Both the position numbers and the translations under genes were made by a program. Below are positions 25,373-33,662 of a stretch of 64,000 bases of DNA, piece by piece. Position 1 is the first letter of the stretch, and the number at the start of each line of letters is the position of its first letter. This DNA comes from Squalus acanthias (Eukaryota), in contig CM059432.1 of NCBI GenBank assembly GCA_030390025.1, forward strand, positions 105,030,001-105,094,000. Reading direction: 5' to 3'. The notes under the pieces are model-generated. The model made no database searches, had not been told where the DNA came from, and saw only the letters and a list, made by a program, of their open reading frames with translations.

Positions 25373-27078
25373 TGTAGAATTCGCAATATATCGCGATTTT
25401 ATAAATAAGGAGAAAAACACATAGTTTCGTTCAAACAGCTTTTATTTCAGCAGAATGCTGTCAGGTTTTCAAAGTGGACACAAGCAGCTTATAAAATGGC
25501 CGCCACGCCTCGTGGCAGAACATTCTAGATTCTTCGACAGGCAGACAAGATGGCGTTCCAATAAACATTTGTGCAAGATCGATCAAGACTAAGCACATTT
25601 AAGATAATACACGAGACATCATGGGTTTGCAGTATACACATAAATACTGAAATCGGTCTCCCAGGTGCGAATAAGGGCTATTGTACCAAGTAATCAAGAA
25701 CCCATCCAAAGACATTAATATGCAAAATCCCAACGACTCTACGATGAGAGAGCCGTTAGCGGGTAGTTACAGAAAACATTTGGAAGCCCCAAAACCCCTC
25801 CAGGGAGAACACCAACCGATTAAACAATGGGAAAAGTATTAACAGGTACTCAGACAGTTACGAGTATCCCCGAAACCCATTAAAACGGAGATCACCCTAT
25901 ACAAGAAATTTGAGCGCCAAACCCTAACAAAAGAAAAGACATTAAGGTTGGGCGGGAAAAGAAAGGATTTTGCACTATAACTGCAAGCTCCAACCGTCCA
26001 TCTTTCTCTTATCCTCTTATTCGGTTGACTCTTATCCTCGTGGCTGCTCTTGACTCGCCGTCTTGTTCCTGCTTGCCTCGTGTCTCTTTTCAAAAGACTG
26101 TTGAATTTTACGATCCGCCCGGATCTGCCTCGTGGCGTGCCGTGAAGATCTGTGTGGAACTGGGCTGTGAAGCCTTGAAACGGGCGCACCATCCCGAGAA
26201 GTCGGTAAACGGTGTTGGAACCAAAGGCCCGAGATGAGATGAGATAAGATGAGATGAGATGAGATGAGAAGAGAAGAAGACCATACGTATCGCCACGGTC
26301 AGTAAGCTCCGACCGCGCCTGTAGGTCAAATAGACACTTTCCTTGCCCAGGAAGACCTTCTTTGAGTTCTACAGAACTGGCAGGAAGACTGTTCTTCGAA
26401 TTTTATCGTATCAGTGCGAGGGCACAGGAAGACTCTTATTTGAGTAGTATCGGAACTCCAAGGACAACACAGATCTTCATGACAGCAGACGTTCCAGCCT
26501 GCTAGCCAGAGCAGAAACGAGTAAACAAGTGGGGTACAGAGACCCCTGATCGACACGTGGGTGATCAGGTGCTGCGGTGAAAAACATCCGATCAGAGTTT
26601 TCGGAATTCTCCGAGTTATCACGAGTGGTGAGCATGAGTCTCAATCCTACAAGTCTAGTTTAGAGCAGATATTGATAGGGGAGGGTTTAAGTTTTAAGGA
26701 TAATTGTAATGTGTGCCCCCATTTACGATGTGTCGTTCGTTCCTCGTTTCCCTGAAATTAGTTACATAACTGCGTGTAAGATTGTACTGTCATTAATCTG
26801 TGCTTATGACATGTATTTCGTAATCTTAAATAATATGCAATAAAGATTTTCCATTTCGTACCATTCAACCGGGTCTACCTGAGTTTTATCTCCATTACTG
26901 CTCTCGCATCTAAGTCCAGTGTCAGAACCGTAAGGGCGAGTGGGTCGAACCACTCACAGGTGTCTAGTGCTCCCAGACTGGCTGGAGACCAGAACAGGCA
27001 ACAAGGCCTAAACCTGCACTAGCATCCAGGCTGCACAGAGCCACACGAATCTCACAGGTTCAGAGAGAAACCCTTACA
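25373..27078 (+). repeat. 5' LTR (1706 bp)
   Basis: TGTAG...TTACA; GC box near 25950, TATAA 25976-25980, (GAGAT)7 block, AATAAA 26839-26844. Confidence 0.95.
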
Positions 27079-27082
27079 GAAA

Positions 27083-28888
27083 ATGGCGACTGCGGCAGGA
27101 CACTGGCAGCGAGAGGGTAGTGTGTTAGACTTTGGTGTGAATGTACGAAATGTCATGCAGGAAAAAATAGCAGATTATGTGTTCGGAAAGGTAAATTTAA
27201 CTAAGAAATGGATAAGTGACCTGTTAGCGGATAAGAGTCCACTAGAGGCAGCCGAGAGGTGGACAGATAGTAAGGAACATAAAAAGACAGTCGAGAAAGC
27301 GGTCTGGTTAATGTGTTATAAAAGACAAGTCCAAATTTCAAACCAGGTCATTACAGCGCAAGCAGCTCGGATCAGGCATTTAGAGGAGGAAATGGACGAG
27401 AAGGTCACTGGGGGGGAGTTGCTCATTAGGAATTTAAGTGCGTTGCACCAAGAACGCCAGGTAGTCACCAGTCACCATAAAGCAAAAATAGAATACCTCG
27501 AATGCCAGGTCACTGAGGCAAAGTTAAGTGAGGGCAGACTAAAGGAACGATGTGCCCGCCAAGCTGCCGAAATAAAAGCCCAGGAAGAGAGCTTAACGGG
27601 GGTTAGGGCGGCATATAAGATGGCCCTTGAGGATAAATTTCAGGGAGCCGATCATAGCGTCTGCCAAAAGGAGATAGAGCACCTTAAAAGGGCCGTGAAC
27701 AAAGCGCACGGCATGGTGTGCCTTATCAGCCCGTCAGCACACCAGCCGCTAGTAGATGAGGAGTTTCAGAAATTCCCACCAAGCAAAGCAGAGGAAGTAT
27801 TAGCCACTACGCCCTCCGCGCCACCCAGCTATTCGGAAACCTGGGTAAGGGAGAAAGTGGTAGCAGAAACGAAAGAGCCCACTGAGGTAGAAGTGGAAAA
27901 GGGACCGTTGTGTCCGGTCACGGGTATCAAAAGGGGCCCAAACGGAGACGGTGGGGAAGAAGGGAATCTCCTCAACCAGCTTGTGTTGCCTCACAGCTCA
28001 CACCAGCTGAGGGTTATGATAAGTCACGTACGGAAGCTGACCGAGTCAGACGACCCTTCCGTACATTTCAGGGAAGTAGAGCAAACCGCAGCCATTAACG
28101 GCTGCGACGATGGGGAAACAGCAAAGATGCTGTTATTTTCATTAGGTAGTTCGATCCTTCAGTGTCTCTCGGACGAGAGCAAGAGGGGAACCAAAAAATA
28201 TGAGGCACTAAGAAATGAGGTCCTAGAAGTATTGGGGACGGACGATGAAGGTCCGTTTGTTAGAGTGGGACAGACAGTGCAGATGGAGGGAGAACCCCCG
28301 AAGGTTTTCGCCGACAGGCTGTGGCCAGTATACCAGCGCAGCTGCCCAGGTGCGCCAGAGCGCGACGATGTGGAAGGCGTCGGTTTAACTCATTGGCTCA
28401 GGTGTATAGTAGCCAACAGTTTGCCAGCCGTCAGAGAGCAGGCAAAAGCGTGGTTTGATCCCACTGACCCCAACATTACTGAGGAGTCGGTCTTAAATCG
28501 ACTCACGGTAGGATACCGTAATATCAGGGGTATGGGAACACGTCCCCTTAAGGGAAAAGTACATGAGGTACGACCTGCAGCCCCGGCTCAAAAGGAGTGG
28601 CATCAGGAGGGTAACCGCGCCCCGCAGGCAAGTAATGCTTGTTACGGGTGCGGGAGGACAGGGCACTGGCGCAAGAACTGCAGGAACCCTTGGAAGGATT
28701 CCAGGGATAAAAATCCCGCAGCCCGAGCCCAGATGCCTGTCTCTGTTAGGGAAGCTAGTGCACCCACCCCTCCCGACGACCTCGAAACAGTGTTGGGAGC
28801 CATGCGCAACTTCATGAGTGCGCATGGAAAAGTGGCGGTTGCTACCGGCCCCGCAGGTGCCACAGGCCCGTCTAATAATACCCAATGA
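27083..28888 (+). CDS. gag: Gag (601 aa)
   Basis: N-terminal coiled coil, PSAPPSY late domain (27812-27832), capsid-like helical region, and CCHC knuckle CYGCGRTGHWRKNC (28640-28681). Confidence 0.92.
   Translation: MATAAGHWQREGSVLDFGVNVRNVMQEKIADYVFGKVNLTKKWISDLLADKSPLEAAERWTDSKEHKKTVEKAVWLMCYKRQVQISNQVITAQAARIRHLEEEMDEKVTGGELLIRNLSALHQERQVVTSHHKAKIEYLECQVTEAKLSEGRLKERCARQAAEIKAQEESLTGVRAAYKMALEDKFQGADHSVCQKEIEHLKRAVNKAHGMVCLISPSAHQPLVDEEFQKFPPSKAEEVLATTPSAPPSYSETWVREKVVAETKEPTEVEVEKGPLCPVTGIKRGPNGDGGEEGNLLNQLVLPHSSHQLRVMISHVRKLTESDDPSVHFREVEQTAAINGCDDGETAKMLLFSLGSSILQCLSDESKRGTKKYEALRNEVLEVLGTDDEGPFVRVGQTVQMEGEPPKVFADRLWPVYQRSCPGAPERDDVEGVGLTHWLRCIVANSLPAVREQAKAWFDPTDPNITEESVLNRLTVGYRNIRGMGTRPLKGKVHEVRPAAPAQKEWHQEGNRAPQASNACYGCGRTGHWRKNCRNPWKDSRDKNPAARAQMPVSVREASAPTPPDDLETVLGAMRNFMSAHGKVAVATGPAGATGPSNNTQ
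27084..27100 (+). promoter_or_regulatory. Primer binding site, tRNA-Ser-like
   Basis: TGGCGACTGCGGCAGGA begins 5 nt after the LTR. It resembles the complement of vertebrate tRNA-Ser 3' ends (TGGCG....CGGCAGGA), but I cannot confirm an exact match. Confidence 0.65.
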
Positions 28889-31800
28889 CTAGAGCCCGCG
28901 CAGCCCGTCTACCTGTGTCCGCTCAGCTATGATGCGTGGAAGCGACCCTTGGTGGAAATGGAGGTAGAGAAACAGAAGGGTAGTTATTTGTTGGACACGG
29001 GAGCTTCTTGCACCGTGATTCATACAGATAGCCCTTTTGACTCACCGCTATCTACCAAGGTCCCATTCACATTAGCGGGGTTCACGGGAAAAGAACAGGC
29101 TGGCGCGTTCTCCCTTCCGCTATCCATTCGTTTAGGAGCACTCCACATTAAGTGGAAGTGCATACTGATGGAATGGCAGGAGGGGGGTGGGAGAGGTATC
29201 CTCGGGTCCGATCTCCTATCAGGACACGGGATCCTCGTGGACCTCAGAAATCACTGTCTCTGGGGGGCTAAGAGTGAAGAAGGCGAGGTAGTGGTAATTC
29301 CGGGGGAGGAAGAAACAGGGGTCCTGTGTACCATGCAGCCATCCGGAGGCTACGACCTCGGGCTTATGGTCGCAGATGTCCCAACGGACATGCAAACGTA
29401 CGTGTCAGATAATATGCACGCGTTTGCAACCCACAAGCACGATTGTGGGAGGGTTACCGGGTTTGAGGTCAGCGTAGATGGGGACCCCATGACCCGGCCC
29501 CAAAAGCAGTATAACTTCCCCAAAGAAGCAGAACCCGATATGGAGACAGCAATGTCTTCCTTGGTGCAGCAGGGCGTGTTGAGGCCAATAGCCACACACG
29601 TGAACTCCCCATTATGGCTGGTTAGGAAGCCGGATAATTCGTGGAGGGCCACGGTGGACTACAGAGTCCTTAACAGTAACATTCCCGCCTGCGCGCCCAC
29701 GGTAGCAGCAGTTGCTGACCTAATAGGGAGTATCCCAGCGTCCGCGACCACGTTCACGGTGCTGGATATCTCGAACGGTTTTTGGTCCATCCCGCTGCGG
29801 CGAGAGGACCAGTACAAGTTTGCCTTTACCTTCAAAGGACAACAGTACACATGGAACTGTCTGCCACAGGGTTTCCACAACAGCCCCAGTATTTTCCATC
29901 AGTGTATGGCAGGAAGTTTAAAGGAGTTTAGTCAGCCCAATCAGATAGTGCAGTACGTGGATGATTTGCTCCTATTTACGGACTCAAGGGAGGAGCATGG
30001 ATCACTGCTGGCCGAGTTATTGGAGCTGCTAGCGAGAAAGGGTTTTAAAGTGAACCCTAAGAAAGCACGTATCGGTCAGCAGGAAGTAAAATTCCTGGGG
30101 CTGACCATTCGCGCTGGGGAAAGAGCCATAGATAAAGCTAGGAGGGAGTCGGTGCAAGAGTTACCGATTCCCAACACCATAAGGGGTGTGAGGTCCTTCT
30201 TGGGACTGACCGGTTACTGCAGGGATTTTATCGAAGACTATGCGGCCACAGCGGCGCCGCTCCTCCGACTCCTCCATAAGGGAGTGGAGTGGTCTTGGGA
30301 CGAGGGCTGCCAAGCAGCCTTCGAGAAGTTAAAAAGGGATCTGCAGACCGCGCCAGCCTTAGGGGCCATAGATGGGGGGAAGGAGTTTTTCCCGGAGGTA
30401 GCTGCCAGCGGGGACAGCTTGAGCGCTGTGCTGCTCCAAGAGCGCCACGGCAAGCTGAGGCCGGTTGTCTATTCGTCCAGGGTGTTAACGGATGTGGAGA
30501 GAAGTTTCTCCAATTGCGAAAGGCACCTTTTAGCCACGCATTGGGCTGTGAAAAGATCAGCGATCTTCACAGGGCTCTCTCCCATCACTCTCCTCACCCA
30601 TCACACACCAACTAAGATGCTTCTAGATGGGAGAATTAAAGATGGGACCGTAAGCAGCATGCGCATTGCGCGCTGGACCCTTCTTCTTTCCCAGATGGAT
30701 CTTAGAGTAAAAGGTCTTTGCGAGCCCAGGCTTGCGGCCAATTTGGTATACCCCGGTACAGCCCACCGGTGTTCGGTGGAAGGGGTGTGGGACGTCAACA
30801 TAGGTTTGCGGGCCGGGATACATCCCACTGGGCGCGAGATTTATGTTGATGGTTCCAGCACAGTGTCCGCTGGCGAACGACTCACAGGGTGTGGAGTTTA
30901 TGACCCTGCGGCAAACCTTGCCCTGGCGATCAAGCTCCCTAGCACCATGAGCGCGCAGCAGGCTGAGCTGTCTGCAGTGGTGTACGTCGTTACCCATCCA
31001 GACATTTTCCCAACCCCATACACGATTTGCTCGGACAGTATGTTCACATGCAATTCGTGTACGGAATACCTGGCCATTTGGTCCCGCCGTGGATACACCT
31101 CCGCGGACGGGCGACCTTTAACGGTGAAGCCCTTGCTGGAAAAGATCCTAGCAGCAGTAGGGGAGGAAGGGGAGATTTTCATCCATAAGGTGAAGGCTCA
31201 CTCCTCCACAGAGCCCCGTGGGGAGGGCAACCAGCAGGCGGATGCGCTAGCCAGGGAAGGTGCCCGCAACGGCATTTTCTGGGACCCCTATGGGCCCAGA
31301 CCCATGGCAGCGATCCAAGGCAGGGACGGGAATCCCGGGAACACCAGGGTAGCATTGCCCCTAGACCTAAAGACCGTCCAGAACCAGGATCCCGCCCTAA
31401 AAGCAGTCCTAAAAACCCTTGCTGAGGGGAAGCAGGTAGAGGGTCAGTACAGTACGGCAACCCTCTCAGTTAAGGAAGGCATGCTGTTCCGCGAGGAGCA
31501 GTGGGTTGTGCCGCAGCAGCACAGGAGGGAATTCCTCCAGTTGGCTCACGAGAGACCAGGGGCAGGGCACCCCGGGCCCGAGGTTACCTGGCAACGGGTA
31601 GAGCAAGCGGGATGGTGGCCGGGGCTCAGGGAACAGGTCCGCGAGTTCTGTGCAAGCTGTCTCGTGTGTGCTGCAAACAACCCAGACCCCCAGAAAAGGA
31701 AAGTGCCCATGGGGCACGTAAGAAGGGTAGAGGGACCATGGCAGTCGATACAGATCGACTATATAGGGCCCCTGCCCACCACCCAGGGAGGCTATAAATA

Positions 31801-33346
31801 CTGCCTCGTCTTGGTGGATGTGTTTTCCAAATGGGTGGAAGCCTTCCCCTGTCGAACAGCTACGGCACTGGGTACTGCAAAAATCTTGGTCCGGGAAGTG
31901 TTCTCGCGGTGGGGACTCCCCCGTTTTGTGGAGTCAGACCAAGGGAGTCATTTCACCGGCCAGGTGATGCAGAACACCCTCATGCTTTTGGGCATTGAAG
32001 GGAAATGGCACGTAGCACACAATCCCCAGTCATCCGGGATTGTTGAACGCATGAACCGGACCCTGAAGGAAAAATTGAGGAAAGAGACTAGGAACTCGCC
32101 CCAAAAATGGGCGGAAGTTCTGCCTTTAGTCCTCATGGGGGTCCGGGCCAGTCAGTCGAAAAGTACGGGGTATTCCCCGCACGAGGTGATGACTGGGAGG
32201 ATCATGCGAACCCCCACCCATGTGCTAGCGCCGGTGCTCACTGAGGGTCAGCTCCAAGAGATAAGCAGGGACAAGTTCGCCCAGACCCTCTTGGAGCGCC
32301 TGAAGCAGGTTTATGAGCAGGCGGCTGGGAACATGGGAAGGCAGCATCAGTGCAATCGCCTGTTGCTGGAACCCCGCAAAACGCGGGAGTGGGAAGTAGG
32401 AGACCAGGTCATGGTCAGAAACTACGCCAGAGTAGGGAGTCTGGAACCACTGTATATGGGACCCTACAACATTGTAGATAAGGCGAGTCCCATGGTATAC
32501 GCCGTAAAGGTACCTCGGCGCACTAAGTGGTTCCACGTAAACCAGTGCAAACTGTACAAGCCAGGTGCACAAGGGAAAACCACAGGGGCAAAACCTGCGA
32601 GTGGGGACTCGCAGCCCCAGGTAGGACCACAAGGCACACAGGCAGGCAAAGCAGCCTGCATCAGGGAAGGAGGCATCCTGGAAAATTGTGAAACATTTTT
32701 GTGGGGTTGGGAGTCAGATGAGGGAGAGTTCCAGGACGAGTGGGAATCGGAGGACGCAAGGGTCGCCCCTGATTCAGGTATAGGGAGGACAGGGGCTGCA
32801 GATAGAGACCCACACAGGGTGGACACCGAGGCTGCAGGTCCCGAACACAGGGGGGAGGAGCTAGGGGAGGCGGAGCCAGCCACTGTGGGACCACAGGGCG
32901 TGACGGTGGAAACCTCAGAGCCCGAGCCGCCCGCCTTGAACGTCTTGCCCTCGAGGGAGGTAGGGACTGCGAGTGAAGGGTCGCCTGCTGGGCCGAGCAG
33001 GGCGGTGCCACAAGCTGCAGGTCCCGAGGTCAGGGAGGCGGAGTCAGGGGAGACGGAGCCAGCGACTGTGGTGGGACCACAGGTCGTCCCGGTGGAAGTC
33101 TCGGAACCCGGTCCGTCGGTCCTGGGATTCCTGCCCCCGGCAACTCCTCGTAGGTCAGGTCGGATACCCCAGCCCAGGAAGATGTGGTCATGTCCCCAGA
33201 CTGCCCCAAGGCGTAGACTCAAGGTTAAGGCAGCCCAGGAAGGGCCCAGTCCCATCGCAGCAGCAACAGGCTGCGGCAGATCAAAGGAAGGGGTCAGTGC
33301 CCTCCCACCGTCGGGAAGAGCTCGCGGCAGCCTTTTCAGAATTTAA
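28889..33346 (+). CDS. pol: Pol: protease, RT, degenerate RNase H (tether), RNase H, integrase, long C-terminal tail; in frame with gag
   Basis: LLDTGAS; LDISNGFW, LPQG and YVDD (29954-29965); EVAAS..LLTHH; YVDGSS, SAQQAEL, SDS, VKAH and GNQQAD; HHCC, IDYIGP, SDQGSHF, GIVERMN and GPY. No stops. Confidence 0.95.
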   Translation, partial: LEPAQPVYLCPLSYDAWKRPLVEMEVEKQKGSYLLDTGASCTVIHTDSPFDSPLSTKVPFTLAGFTGKEQAGAFSLPLSIRLGALHIKWKCILMEWQEGGGRGILGSDLLSGHGILVDLRNHCLWGAKSEEGEVVVIPGEEETGVLCTMQPSGGYDLGLMVADVPTDMQTYVSDNMHAFATHKHDCGRVTGFEVSVDGDPMTRPQKQYNFPKEAEPDMETAMSSLVQQGVLRPIATHVNSPLWLVRKPDNSWRATVDYRVLNSNIPACAPTVAAVADLIGSIPASATTFTVLDISNGFWSIPLRREDQYKFAFTFKGQQYTWNCLPQGFHNSPSIFHQCMAGSLKEFSQPNQIVQYVDDLLLFTDSREEHGSLLAELLELLARKGFKVNPKKARIGQQEVKFLGLTIRAGERAIDKARRESVQELPIPNTIRGVRSFLGLTGYCRDFIEDYAATAAPLLRLLHKGVEWSWDEGCQAAFEKLKRDLQTAPALGAIDGGKEFFPEVAASGDSLSAVLLQERHGKLRPVVYSSRVLTDVERSFSNCERHLLATHWAVKRSAIFTGLSPITLLTHHTPTKMLLDGRIKDGTVSSMRIARWTLLLSQMDLRVKGLCEPRLAANLVYPGTAHRCSVEGVWDVNIGLRAGIHPTGREIYVDGSSTVSAGERLTGCGVYDPAANLALAIKLPSTMSAQQAELSAVVYVVTHPDIFPTPYTICSDSMFTCNSCTEYLAIWSRRGYTSADGRPLTVKPLLEKILAAVGEEGEIFIHKVKAHSSTEPRGEGNQQADALAREGARNGIFWDPYGPRPMAAIQGRDGNPGNTRVALPLDLKTVQNQDPALKAVLKTLAEGKQVEGQYSTATLSVKEGMLFREEQWVVPQQHRREFLQLAHERPGAGHPGPEVTWQRVEQAGWWPGLREQVREFCASCLVCAANNPDPQKRKVPMGHVRRVEGPWQSIQIDYIGPLPTTQGGYKYCLVLVDVFSKWVEAFPCRTATALGTAKILVREVFSRWGLPRFVESDQGSHFTGQVMQNTLMLLGIEGKWHVAHNPQSSGIVERMNRTLKEKLRKETRNSPQKWAEVLPLVLMGVRASQSKSTGYSPHEVMTGRIMRTPTHVLAPVLTEGQLQEISRDKFAQTLLERLKQVYEQAAGNMGRQHQCNRLLLEPRKTREWEVGDQVMVRNYARVGSLEPLYMGPYNIVDKASPMVYAVKVPRRTKWFHVNQCKLYKPGAQGKTTGAKPASGDSQPQVGPQGTQAGKAACIREGGILENCETFLWGWESDEGEFQDEWESEDARVAPDSGIGRTGAADRDPHRVDTEAAGPEHRGEELGEAEPATVGPQGVTVETSEPEPPALNVLPSREVGTASEGSPAGPSRAVPQAAGPEVREAESGETEPATVVGPQVVPVEVSEPGPSVLGFLPPATPRRSGRIPQPRKMWSCPQTAPRRRLKVKAAQEGPSPIAAATGCGRSKEGVSALPPSGRARGSLFRI

Positions 33347-33662
33347 AGGGGCCGCCCTGGGAACGGGCGGCGCTGTACAGTTTATAAGTTTCTAGGTTTA
33401 TAGTTTAAGGTTAAGAATAAGTTTATAGTTTTAGATAAGGTTATAAGTTTATAGTTTTAAATCAGGTTACGTTTGTAGTTTAATTTTAACAGAAAATGGT
33501 AAAATGATGGGAGCTTTAGAGATAGGTTTAGTTAAAGTTTATTCAGCGAACATTGAAGTTTACGTGAGGCGAGGTCAGGGGACCCGCTCACCCTTCACAA
33601 AAGCCAGAGACTCTTGCGAGGCTGGCTACCTCATTCTATCTGATCACAGGAACCAAGGAAGG

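Noticed and set aside
32464..33255. 263-aa minus-strand ORF
   Set aside because: Antisense to the GC-rich pol tail, with low complexity and no motif.
33504..33662. Env start at ATG 33504
   Set aside because: The signal-peptide-like sequence begins at ATG 33663, after a candidate splice acceptor; the upstream 53 codons look like spacer sequence.
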